NCBI GenBank assembly: GCA_964016885.1
Contig: OZ024741.1
Coordinates: forward strand, 130,820,001 to 130,884,000
Source of the DNA: Eledone cirrhosa
Lineage: Eukaryota
Length of the DNA: 64,000 bases
Reading direction: 5' to 3'
The notes under the pieces were generated by a model. It ran no database searches. It saw only the letters and a list, made by a program, of their open reading frames with translations, and was not told the DNA's origin. Of this stretch, positions 26,986-39,059 are shown piece after piece. How positions within the stretch are numbered: position 1 is the first letter of the stretch; the number at the start of each line of letters is the position of its first letter. Both the position numbers and the translations under genes were made by a program.

Positions 26986-28412
26986 TCTATACATATATAT
27001 AAAAAACTGAAATTGCCTCTGTGTGTCCTAATTTTTGCAAAGTCTATACAAATCCACATTTCTACTCCGATTGACTTCAAGCTTGCATTTATATATCCCT
27101 TGCGGTCTAAAGATATTAATTGCAGCTTTTATTTTTCAATTTTCTGTTGTTAAAGGGGTGTTAGGTGCCGGTTATCGATCTCTCTGTCTTTCTTAGTCCG
27201 TCTTTTTAGATAGATACATAGCTATAACGTCACGCCCTTATAATATCTGTCTGTATGTCTGACTCTCTGCATTAAGACATTATGACAAACATTGTTCTCA
27301 TTGATGACATATTATCTTCGCTATTTTCCGTTCATTGCCAGGGAACGTCTTCACGAACCAAAGTTTTTCTTCGGCTGCAACGGTTTTCGAAATATTTACT
27401 TCGGCGTTCACAGATTGATTTTTTTAGTTTCAGAAGATCCCGTTAAGGGTGAAAGCACACGTTGTAGGCAATGCCAATGTTACTGCTGCTACATAGGACT
27501 CCCATTACCACTGAACTTTCACATTTGCGTTCTGCATTTCCATCTGCAGGCCAACTTGGAATGGTCTTCATAATAGTCAGTTTATTGAGGAAGAAACAGA
27601 AGGGTCTCGAATTTGCCGTCCAAAAAACCCATTGACAATAACGAAGACCGCTAACATCAACGCAGAATGAAACATTGTAGGTCGCTTTAACCCGTCTTTT
27701 ATTAATCAAAAAACTTCTTGCCAATAAACATTAACCCTTTGTGCGCCATTCATCTAACTGTAGACCAACAAATACCAACTAAACGGAGCGTTGACAAGAA
27801 CGATGGCGAATGAATCTTCGAGGTAAGCAGTTTCCTACCGAGCTGTTAGTTCACGTGGGATTCTCTGCTACACCTTTTGATAATAATACCAAACAACGTA
27901 CTGTTGGTCACTCCTTCCTCCAAAAGCCGTACAAAGCGGACACGTGCATCGGGCAGATGGATCGGGTGCAAATCTACACCAGGTCTACGCGAGAAATTCG
28001 CAAGGGACTGCAGCGAGAGGGATAGAGAGAAAGAGTAACTTAGTGGAAAGAGTGCGAATGAACTTTTGAGGTAAGTAGCCTACGCCTTACTGCTATGACA
28101 CTGGAACCTTCTGCCAACTTAACCTGTGACTTTCTCTTTCAGATTTACTTCAATAGGCCAAAACAGAGTGGAAACGCCGGGGGACAACTGTCACAGAAGG
28201 AGTATGAAAAGAAGGGGCTCAACAATATGTCTATGAACAATGCACGTAGACAGCTAAACTGTACTTTCAACTTCTTAATTTTCTCCAAATAAAACAAGTT
28301 TCCTGTCGGTATATTTTCGTGAGTTTTTAACAGGCACTCACAAATAAACGTTTCTCATTGGAGGTGTTATTACCAATGTTCTTACCCGTGCAACGCCGGG
28401 ATACACTGATAG
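26986..28412 (+). mobile_element. Putative non-autonomous Helitron
   Basis: 5' TCTATACATATATATAAAA; 3' subterminal hairpin CCCG-TGCAACGC-CGGG (28385-28400) followed by ..GATAGT (CTAGT-like end). Confidence 0.6.
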
Positions 28413-28415
28413 TAT

Positions 28416-28458
<43 letters not shown>

Positions 28459-29200
28459 ACTAGGAATTGATCAACATATATATAAATAAATATAAACATG
28501 AATAATCATTAAAAGATTAATCATTAAAAGGTATCTATTTTTGAAGTTCTAGTTAACTTTATTTATTTGTTACCTACTAGCCATGCGTGGTTACACGCTT
28601 GTAAAAATTATCTCTGTGATTATTCATGTTTATATTTATTTATATATATGTTGATCAATTCCTAGTTATTATAAAATGCTCGCACCTACAAAGTCTTTGA
28701 GCTTATTTTCCGGGCGATATGGGGCATTCCGTTAAGGCATGACACCCACAATTTCGATTTAGATTGAATTAATTTAATTTATCTTAATTTTGGATATATA
28801 TATATATATATATATATGAGTTCGGATCGAGCTGTCGAAACGGCCGGAGCTCAGCCGTCGGGGTCCTGACTCTTTTCCTATTACCCACTCTACTACCCTA
28901 AGTATCGAGTACTCTGGTGCGTTATGGTCCACCTGGTTCCTTACCACATTTTCTTTCTTTCTTGATATATATATATATATATAAGGGAACGGGCGAAGGA
29001 TTCAAGAACACCCGCTTTGTTCGTTCCCTTGTCAATTCAATTTGGATTGCCTAGAGAACATAACCTTATTATGTAAGAAGCTGTCTGATGATGTCACGGC
29101 ACTGGGTACACCGAAGCGCGTGGCCACTGTCGTCATTGAAATATGTACCACAGCATTATCATTAAAGGACTTTAACCTCTGAAACTACTTCACATTTTCT

Positions 29201-29294
<94 letters not shown>

Positions 29295-29496
29295 GTAGGT
29301 GAGACTGGTGAGGTGGAGTTGGTTGGGGAAGGCTGATCGATTTCGATGTCCTGTTTTAAACGCCGAAACATCTATGATCTGCAGTTAAGAGCTGATGAAG
29401 GGTTTTTTCTCTTGTTTACGTCAATATTACCATCCTACACTTTGTTTACAGTAACCACACAACCTGCTTCGTTTCTTGTAATTTCGACTTTCTCCT

Positions 29497-29625
<129 letters not shown>

Positions 29626-30153
29626 TATATATATATCCATCTGCTCGTTTTCGACCTGGTTTCACGCATGGATTATTTCCCTTCTCCCTCTCACTTTTTT
29701 TCTCTCTCTCTACACTCACTTTGCTGAGATCGCACGGAAAAACCTCGCTCCACAGTTATTTGACTACAGGACTTAAGTCTAATCGCTTCGTTGTAACTTA
29801 TTCTATTTTCTCCTCGGTTACTCACTTGCATGTGCCATTGTCCTGTGCACCCCCTCCTCTCCATTCAGTTTGTTTACGTCGTTTTTTCCTCTTTCCTTTT
29901 TTCTCTTTCTTCCTCTGTTTTCACTATATTTTCTTTCCCTCATGGCCCTTTGATTGATAAAAGGCCTTGGGCGCGCTGCTGATCGATATCGATGTCATGT
30001 TTTAAGCGCCGAAACATCTATGATCTGCAGTTAACAGCTGATGAAGGGTTTCTTCTCTTGTTTACGTCCATATTACCATCCTCCACTATATACATATATA
30101 TGGCCTCAGCCGGCTGGCTGGAACAGGTAAAAGAGTAAAAGAGTATATATCTA

Positions 30154-30244
<91 letters not shown>

Positions 30245-30538
30245 GATTGGAAGGTTAGTAAAATCGAAGCTGTGACGTTCAGTCAACATCCGCGATAGAA
30301 CAAAATTCGGAGTTTGCATGAACCACTCAATAAGAATGTATTGATAAATCGATAGGTTACATCTTAGAATCATAAACATACGTTAAATAGCGTAATAAAT
30401 TGAAAACTGTGGTTAAGAGGACAAAGCCACCGCAACAACGAAAATACAATCAGGTTAAATAACAAACCTGGACCATACCGAGGGGTATTATATAATATCC
30501 TCGATTGGTTTCTATGAATCCCAAATCAATAGGATGCA

Positions 30539-30641
<103 letters not shown>

Positions 30642-30668
30642 GTGTGTGTGGGAGGGGGGGACAGAACT

Positions 30669-31176
30669 AACAACACAATTGGTACAGTATATGGAAGGAA
30701 TATATTATGTTAACGCTTGAAATATTAGGAAGAGGGTCTTAATGCTAGTCCTTCATCTGAAGAAAGAATGAGAAATAAGATAGATGGAAGGGACGGGTGG
30801 GTTGGAATTGAAGGTACTTGGGTGGGAGTGAAAAATAGACTGGTGAGAAGAAAAAGGTGGTGTGAGAAGATTGTAGTAGAGGAAAAGTGATAGAGAGTCG
30901 TTGTATATTTAAATGCAATAAGCAAAGACAATTTCAGTGATACGAAAGATTTCCTGCTGGAAGTTCAGGTATACTCCGGGTTGGTATCCAGTTTCGCGGT
31001 GAATATCCAATTTGAAAATCCACCGAATTTGAGAGGTTCACGGAAGCGTTGATTATATATATGAATGTAAAAGATAAAGCGAAATAACAACACAATCGTT
31101 ACAGTATATGGAAGAAATATATTAGGTTAACGCTTGAAATAGCAGGAAGAGCGTCTTAACGTTTCGGACACTAGTC

Positions 31177-31178
<2 letters not shown>
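30669..31178 (-). mobile_element. Retrozyme/PLE-LTR-like cassette with direct repeats (period about 417 nt) carrying split hammerhead halves
   Basis: Repeat ACAGTATATGGAAG.AATATATTA.GTTAACGCTTGAAATA..AGGAAGAG.GTCTTAA at 30684 and 31101; composite TCTT-C(A)GATGA-AGGAC-TAGT-GTCC-GAAA-CG-TT-AAGA. Confidence 0.6.
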
Positions 31179-31219
<41 letters not shown>

Positions 31220-31224
<5 letters not shown>

Positions 31225-32300
31225 AAAGTGAGTCCATAGAATCATTTGATAAAATATATACAGTATTTCTCCTCCCAATCAGCATAATTAACCACACGCT
31301 GTTGATCGCGGATAAAATAGCTATCATTTATTTATCTATTGTTTCTTCATAGGTACATTTTAAACTTATAGCCTCGTTTAATTGATTTTTTGTGTGGATA
31401 ATTATGCTGATTGGGAGGAGAAATACTGTATATATTTTATCAAATGATTCTATGGACTTACTTTCTTATATGTTGCTCTGATTGTTAATTATTTAATTAA
31501 TTAATTCGTCAATGATCCACACCGTGAATGGTTGCCCAAAACACACATATATATATATATCTATGGCTCTGTCTAGTTTATGTATATATAAACCTATATA
31601 TTTTATATACTCCCGTATGGTCGAGTAAAAATTTAGGCAGTATTCGGCTGCGCTCTCTAGCAACCAGCCTACTCGCCGCCAGGCACCAATCACAAGCTTT
31701 CTGACTTGACCACTGGCCATGTGACAATTCTTAGCCATTTTGAATCCGTTTCTGGCGGGGATCATTTAAGAAAAATCTTTGTTCAATTGAGTTTGTTTCC
31801 TGATGATTTCGAAACTCGTGAATTTATCCATGATCGGATATTTCCAAAAAGCGAATGAAATCCCATGTGGTAGATACATAATTTTGGTATGTTTATGTAC
31901 ATTTTTTCTTCTAACTTTGATTTTGTACCTAATTGTGTATGGTTGGCTATATGTCTAATCAATTTCTACGGGCTATTAGAAATACTAGGTAAATCTTCTG
32001 TGGTTGTTGATCTCGGATAAAATAGCTATCATTTATTTATCTATTGTTTCTTCATAGGTACATTTTAAACTTATAGCCTCGTTTAATTGATTTTTTGTGT
32101 GGATAATTATGCTGATTGGGAGGAGAAATACTGTATATATTTTATCAAATGATTCTATGGACTTACTTTCTTATATATTGCTCTGATTGTTGATTATTTA
32201 ATTAATTAATTCGTCATTGAATCACGCCTGAATGGTTGCCAAAAACACACATATATATCTATGCATCTGTTTCTGTCTAGTTTATGTATATATAAACCTA

Positions 32301-32313
<13 letters not shown>
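31220..32313 (+). mobile_element. Retrozyme/PLE-LTR-like cassette: about 705-nt unit present about 1.4 times plus a 70-nt inverted 5' segment
   Basis: Direct repeats 31300-31609 and 32005-32313; 31220-31290 is the inverse of 31399-31470; TA-flanked. Confidence 0.7.
31794..31878 (+). ncRNA. Degenerate type I hammerhead ribozyme motif
   Basis: TGTTTC-CTGATGA-TTTCG...CGAAT-GAAA-TCCCATGTGG(near-palindrome)-TA-GATACA. Confidence 0.5.
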
Positions 32314-32346
<33 letters not shown>

Positions 32347-32412
32347 CGTAAAATAAGAAAATATTTAAAAAAAAAATTTTTAAAACATTTTTACTTACTT
32401 ACTTAAATTTTC

Positions 32413-32494
32413 ACTCCAACTAATTAGTTTCTGCAATGGGATAAAGACAGTTACGTAATCCAACTGTCGAGAATTCATTGCGTCATCAGGGAGT
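32413..32494 (-). ncRNA. Type I hammerhead ribozyme (intact core)
   Basis: ACTCC-CTGATGA-C-GCAATG..[GACAGTT/AACTGTC]..CATTGC-A-GAAA-CTAATTAG-TT-GGAGT; perfect stem I, palindromic stem III, GUU cleavage triplet. Confidence 0.85.
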
Positions 32495-32967
32495 CTATTC
32501 TCAGCTAAGTCTCCAGGCAATGCGCGGACACTGGCGGCTCATATAAAAATAATAATATTCGGTAGATAGAACAGCTGGCGAGGACTGGATTCTATGTACT
32601 GAAATTCTCACTGCTTCTAGTCAAATGGCCGATTCTAAAGAATCAATCACGTGACACAGAGGCTAGTTAGAAGGAATGGGATGGTAAGATGACTGACGCC
32701 TACTAACACCCCAAAAAAATTTTTTTTAGAAGTGGTTTTGGCAGGTTTGCTCGACAAATCAGTGATTTGGAGATAAATATAGATAATTTAATATATCAAC
32801 TAACATAAGCGCACAGATGCACGCCCATGCCAGCAAATACACAGGTTATGTCATAGTACCTAGGTGGTTCAATGCAGGAGGATGCAGAACAATAATATAA
32901 AAGACGTAAAATAAGAAAATATTTAAAAAAAAATTTTTTTTTAAATTTTTTACTTACTTAAATTTTC

Positions 32968-33049
32968 ACTCCAACTAATTAGTTTCTGCAATGGGATAAA
33001 GACAGTTACGTAATCCAACTGTCGAGAATTCATTGCGTTATCGGGGAGT
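32968..33049 (-). ncRNA. Second hammerhead copy with a mutated core (CCGATAA)
   Basis: Same stems as 32413-32494; two substitutions in CTGATGA. Confidence 0.7.
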
Positions 33050-33109
33050 CTATTCTCAGCTAAGTCTCCAGGCAATGCGCGGACACTGGCATATATATAT
33101 ATATATATA

Positions 33110-34195
33110 ATAAGGGTTGACGGACCCACCATATTTATCAATGCCAGTACCGGTTGTATCTCAGCGCACTCCATGGGCAATGTAAGATACATTATCAGAG
33201 TATGCACAAAGTTATTTCTTCAACACAACACACGTAAAACGGATGCCTATAATGTTAATATTTTAAGTTCCATAATAAGTTGGATAGAGAAGTTGAAGAT
33301 TTTTTACCAATATTCGTAAAGGAACATTTATGGTTATTGAAACGAGATTTGAAGTCTGTCGAAGTAGAGCCGACATAGTTAAAGGAATTATCATTGGTTT
33401 TGACATTGCAATTGTATAATACATTTTTAACTAAACAGTTATTATTTAAAGGACAGTAGAGATTTATTTCTACAATTACATTTATCAGAATTTATATTAT
33501 TAGGAACAGTATCATTATATTGGATATTGCTAGAGGTATTAATGTTATTCTGGTTAAGTTTTAAGTTTCTATTATTAATTCTATTTATATTCTGCGCTAA
33601 ATTCATAGTGGTAGAATATGATAGTTTAATTGTGTGTCTGTTAAAGATTGAGTTATACCTATGTGTCTTGGGAAAACATTTATCGAGAGCTTTAAAAAAT
33701 AGTTTAGCTATTGAAGTTTTAATACTTAATGAGAAAGGAGGAGCGAACCATAATACATTTCTAGTTATATTTCTTCTTTTAATTTTAGGGTTTGTGCTAG
33801 GTTTCTTATTATAATTATAATTATGGTTATTTGGCATATCTTTAGTATCGATGTATTTAATTTCATTATTATAGCCTGGATTGGCAGTATCGGTAGAGGG
33901 TCGGACGCCATGCTTTCCAGCATAGTTACGTCCCTTTACGATCTGAGTTCAAATCCCGCCGCGGTTGACTTTGCCTTTCATCCTTACGGGGTCGATAAAA
34001 TAAAGTACCAGTAATGCACTGGGTAATTGCTGGCCTTGTGCCTAAAGTAGAAACAATTATTATAGCCTGATCTACTTAAAGCTTCGTTATAATATTGTGC
34101 CTTATCTTCAAATATATTTTTATTCGCTGAAATTCTAGAAATATGTTGCTGTAGAGAATTTACAATAGTGTTTTTAACGGATCTCAGGTGATTGG
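33110..34195 (-). pseudogene. Penelope-like element remnant (post-RT linker plus GIY-YIG), interrupted by a SINE
   Basis: RISANKNIF..YYNEALSRSGY | RNVLWFAPPFS..FPKTHRYNSIFNRHTIKLSYS..CNCRNK..(frameshift)..CLVKNVLYNC..YVGST..FKSRFNNH. Confidence 0.85.
33879..34055 (+). mobile_element. Near full-length SINE with 14-bp TSD ATTATTATAGCCTG, nested in the PLE
   Basis: TSD at 33865-33878 and 34056-34069; A box TGGCAGTATCGG and B box GAGTTCAAATCC. Confidence 0.95.
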
Positions 34196-34197
34196 AA

Positions 34198-34578
34198 TTA
34201 TAAACACACACAGACACCCGGATGTGGCGCATGCGCAGACTGAGCACACAACACACACACACAGAAACAAGATGGCGTAGGACAGAACAAAGGAGAGGTA
34301 CAAAAACAAAGAAAAGAATCCCCAGTCAGTGAAGAGGTCACAGAATGTGTGACGAAAGAACTTTGACAATATATAAACAACCATTTGGTTGTGGAACCAA
34401 CCAACCAACCGGAAATGTATAAATTCATAAATTTATAAATTTATTATAATAAATTGAAGTGAAAGCAACTGGTGCGTGTGTTTATTATTGGCAACATGAC
34501 CCTCCCAAAGTATAACAATATCGGTTTCAACACACGTTTTCAGATAAATAATCTTACTAAACAGATTCAGAAACGAAA
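34198..34578 (+). mobile_element. Third copy of the PLE pseudo-LTR seen at 24445-24820
   Basis: Near-identical sequence from ATAAACACACACAGACACCCGGATG to TTCAGAAACGAAATATATA. Confidence 0.9.
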
Positions 34579-34863
34579 TATATATATATATATATTTGAT
34601 ATACTTGATATATCTCATATGAAATAATACACCCAATTATCCACACAATACAATATAGATAGCACCCCAAACGTTTAATTGGGAATATACTCAAGTATTT
34701 CTCAATGTTTGTTGGGTGAGTTGGAATTTGGCTTTTAGTTTTCTCCGATTATGTATTTATATATATATACGTATATAATACACACACATATATATATATA
34801 TTTTTTTTTTTTCTTTTTTCAGTCTGGTCTATCATGTTTGAACCCCCTGTTGGAGATATATAG

Positions 34864-34905
<42 letters not shown>

Positions 34906-35067
34906 GGGGTAACAAATAATAGTTATATGCAGTCCACTTAGGTGTAGTCCAGTTATGGTATTCCGGGTAGTGGATGATATCAACGCTTGGCTTGGTTTGA
35001 CTCAACAAGGCGTTTTCATAGTGATGTTGCGAGTATGCTGTAATTCCTATGTTGTAAACACTTGGAG

Positions 35068-35153
35068 TAATAATTGTTTCTACTTTAGGCACAAGGCCAG
35101 CAATTACCCAGTTCATTACTTGTACTTTATTTTATCGACCCCGTAAGGATGAA
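35068..35153 (-). mobile_element. 5'-truncated SINE with AGTAATAAT TSD
   Basis: Family 3' part; duplication on both sides. Confidence 0.85.
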
Positions 35154-35210
35154 AGTAATAATAAATCAGGAAAGAAGATTGACATGGTTTGCTATCTATA
35201 TATCTATATA

Positions 35211-35256
<46 letters not shown>

Positions 35257-35259
35257 TAG

Positions 35260-35291
<32 letters not shown>

Positions 35292-35507
35292 ATTTCTTTA
35301 TTTACCATAAAGGCATACAAAGAAGGGACAAATACAAAGGGGGAGTTTACATATAATCGAGTAAAAAGGGTGTAACATGAAAATAATCGAAAATAACCTC
35401 AAAAGGGAGGGGTCGTGATGGGAGTTGCACACACCCCCGAAAAAGTGTGCAATCCTTTGCCCGGGGAGCACATGGAGAAGGTGCTCCCCTCTCCTTTACC
35501 TCTTTAC

Positions 35508-38340
35508 CTACAGGATGGTATACAGAGAATGCCCATTTACACGAGCCATTCTCGCCACTATCACCCACCTTTCATAAAACTGCCTGTGGCCAAGCACCTC
35601 TCTCTCCATTCTTATCCTTCTTCCGAAGTGATATCGGAAGAAGTAGACCAGACTATGGCCAGAGAGGAAGTTGCCTGACCTCAGACCTTTCAATCGTGTC
35701 CACCAAACAACCTCTTTCAACATGGCTATTACGCACAGAAAAACCGCTTTTGCTTCCTTTGTGAAGAGGGGCGGCGGTTTGATTGTCATCACGGACTCGG
35801 CGGTCAATTGAATCGGCGCCACCCGCGACAGCAGTCGTTCGGCGTAGCCCCACAGATCAGCCACGCCCGGACATTGCACCAATGCGTGCGCAACGGTTTC
35901 TTCGTGACGCACGCATCTAGGGCAAATCTTTTTTGAGGGATCCCTGCCCGGGCGCCCGTGTCTGTAGAGCCTCTCTCGAACGGGTAGAGCCCCTCGGTAG
36001 CACTGCCAGGCCAGTGACTTCTGGAAGTTGTCCATTGGTCCTGGGCCGAAAGTCCTACCGAACAGGCTGGCCAGTTCGTCTTCTTCCATGTCCAGCGACT
36101 CTCCAAGGGTGTCATCGCCCCTGCTAGCCACCAGCCCTCTATAGAATGATGAGGTGGATTCTCCACCGATGGCCTGGCCCGCTTGCCAGAGAGCCCTGAG
36201 CGCCTGAGCACACTCAGTGTGCCAGTCTCCCAGTTTTCCGGATCTTTGCTTGACCCAGGACTGTAGCTCGGTGAGCGAGACGAGTCTCGGAAAGGCTCGT
36301 TTCACGAACGGAGCCCACACCGGTTGACCAGTGAGGAATACCTGTAGGTGCCGTAGCCTTAATGCGTGCCTACGCATCATCAACCACGGCATCCCCAGTC
36401 CTCCTTTCGAAGGTTGTTGGCAGCAGATGGATCTTCTCACCATAGGAGGGCGCTTCTTCCAAAGAAATTGGAAGAGCATGCGTTCCATGGTGGTGAGTGT
36501 TTCCTTAGGGCAAGGCACGACAGTCAGGCGGTAGTAAGTGACGGACGCTATGTAAATGTTCGCCACCTCCACCCAGCCTTTTAGGGACAGCTTACACTTG
36601 GCCCATTTCTGGGTTAGTGCAAACACCTTGTTCGTAACCTCGTTCCAGTTCTTTTCCACCTGGAGGTCCGGTCCAAACCAGACCCCAAGCAACTTTACCG
36701 GGCCCTCCGTCCAGTGTCCGACAACACCGTCGGGAGGCATCGGTCTACCTCTCCACGTTCCGAGTTGCAGCCCGATGGATTTTTCCCGGTTCAGTTTCGC
36801 TCCTGACAACCTTTCGTAATCCTCCAGTAAGGTACCGATCGCCTCGATCTCCGAGTCGGTCGATGCCATTACTGTTACGTCATCGGCGTAGGCCGACACC
36901 GCTTTGCTCAATCCTGGTTCCAGGGGGATACCCTGCAACAACTCCAACTTCCTCAGTAAAGGCTCGAGAGTCAATACGTACAGAAGGGAGGAGAGAGGGC
37001 ACCCCTGTCGAATGGATCGTGTGATTTCGAACGGCTTCGAAAGGTAGCCGTTCACCTTGATCCTAGAACAGATGTGGTTGCTATGTAAGGCAGTGATCCA
37101 GCCTCTGAAAACAGGACCGAACCCAGCCGCCGCTAGCACCGCATCCAGGTAACCATGGTCGACCCTATCGAAGGCCTTAGACTGATCCAAGTTGATCAGG
37201 GCCCCACCGAAGCCGGGTTTGTTGCCAACCCTCTCTATGATGTATCGCATGAGGTGGAGGTTATCGTGAATGGACCTGGATGGGATAGCACATGTCTGCG
37301 CATCTCCCACCAGGCCATCCACGACAAGCGCCAATCTCTTTGCTAACACCTTGGCCAAAATCTTTAACTCTGTGTTTAGCAGGGTTATGGGCCGAAAATT
37401 ATTTATACTATCCCCCTTGTTCTCGTCCTTCCTCACCCGCGAGACTACGCCCTTGGCTACAGAACAAGGAATTCTCCCGTTCTGCTGCCAATTGCAGTAG
37501 ACCGCTTCGAGGAGTTCGGAGAAGAAGACCTGCATTGCTAAATAAAGTTCGTAAGGTATACCATCGAGACCTGGAGATTTGCGTCTGCTGCATTGGCTCA
37601 GCGCATCCCCGATCTCATCAGCCGAGATTGATCCCTCGCAGGACTCTGCCTCTTCGCTCGAGAGACGCGGCAGGCCGTCGAGGTATAGACCGAAATCCAC
37701 GTCCCCGCCCGGACCCTCGCCTCCCCCGAATAATCGGGCAAAGTGCCTTTGAAAGGCCTCGCACATCTGCTTAGGCTCCCGGATCACCCGTCCATCCTCG
37801 TCTTGCAAAGACCGGATGGTGGATCGATTTCCACTCTTAGCTTCTGTCACGCGGGCCCAGCCAACGGCTTTGGTCCCCTCATTACCTAGAGCACGTATTT
37901 TACTTCGAATGACGCAGCCTTCGTGCTTTGCATCGAAAAACTGGTTCAAGGCCGTCCTCGATGCCAGCACTCTGGCCACATCTTTGCTCTTGATTGCCTC
38001 TTCTAATTTACCTGTTAATTCTTTCTCGTTTCTATTCCTATCGGCAGCTAACATCTTGCTATAACTTATTGATTCTGTTCTAATCTCTCTTTTGAGAGAT
38101 GCCCACCATCGGTTGTTGACGATTGAACCCGCCAACCTCTCCTTAACTAATCTGCTAATCCGGTTTCTGTAAGTCTCTTTTGCCGGTAAAGACAAATTAA
38201 GTTTCCAGTAACCGGGACCCTGTTTGTGTTTTCTCGAGATTGACTACGCAGGTCACTAATTTGTGATCCGTATAGCCAACCGTGAGCATTTCTGGACAGC
38301 TTAATATGTCCCTATCCTTACTTCTAACTAAGAATCTAAT
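35508..38340 (-). pseudogene. Tx1/L1 ORF2: EN C-terminus, RT and C-terminal zinc finger (RT frame open over about 895 codons)
   Basis: GYTDHKLV, GPGYWKLN, KSPGLDG, NFRPITLLN, LDQSKAFDRV, RQGCPLS, YADD, CPRC...ETVAHALVQC. Confidence 0.92.
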
Positions 38341-38708
38341 AGATAGATTTCTTTATTAGCCACAAGGGCGCAACAAGAAAGGGGATAATACAAAGACACG
38401 CCGGAGATTTTACATACAGTCGTGTAAAAAATATAAAAACAAACAATTTCAACAATCGAAATCCCCAATAGGGGGGAGGCGCCACAAATGGGTTGTTTAA
38501 TACCCCGTCGATAGAACAACCCTCAACTCGAGGAGCGTGTTGTGCAAGTGCTCCTTTCTTCCTTTTGTTCTCTTCCTCAACCTACAGGCTTATAAACAGA
38601 GAAGGCCCAATCACTCGGGCCATTTTCGCTTCATTCACCCACCTTTCAGTAAATTTACTGGGGTGCAGTGCCTCTCTCTCCACCCTGATTCTCCACCGTG
38701 ATTGCGAT
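38340..38708 (-). mobile_element. Nested 5'-truncated copy of a related Tx1 element (C-terminus plus 3' UTR)
   Basis: RIRVEREALHPSKFTERWVNEAKMARV..SL is paralogous to the host C-terminus RIRMEREVLGHRQFYERWVIVARMARV; ends in AATAAAGAAATCTATCT. Confidence 0.85.
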
Positions 38709-39058
38709 AGCCCGGTCGGGGCATAAACGGCCACCAGTTTGAAGGCTCCACCTCCAATACTGTTCACGTCTAGGACTACCAGTCTACCCTCCGGGTCCAA
38801 GTGTACTTGCTGTACTTCGACGTCCAGGTTCTTCCGAAACTTGACAGCCACTCTCCCTCCACCTCCTGGCTGACCGAGAGATGCGTAGATCTCAAAGTCG
38901 TCGAAGATAGGGCTTAGTAGCTGCCTATTGTGGATCCTGGATTCAGTGATGGCTATCACATCCATACCGTGTGACCTAAGGTCGTTTAAAAGTTGGCCCT
39001 GTTTCCAGGGCATCCCTAGGCCACGCATATTCACGCTTCCAACTCGTAAACTAGCCAT
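38709..39058 (-). pseudogene. Tx1/L1 ORF2 N-terminal AP endonuclease
   Basis: GSVNMRGL..DVIAITE..GRVAVKF..DPEGRLVVLDV..LVAVYAP. Confidence 0.9.
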
Positions 39059-39059
39059 G

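Larger units (their letters stand above)
32337..33090 (-). mobile_element. Retrozyme-like element: 555-nt unit bounded by two about 195-nt direct repeats, each holding a hammerhead
   Basis: Repeats 32337-32535 and 32897-33090; (TA)n on both flanks; no meaningful ORF. Confidence 0.8.

Noticed and set aside
29080-29130. CTGATGA...GAAGCGCGT as a hammerhead
   Set aside because: GAAA is altered, and stems I and II do not pair convincingly.
33879-33965. tRNA gene
   Set aside because: A and B boxes are present but there is no cloverleaf; it is a SINE head with a TSD.
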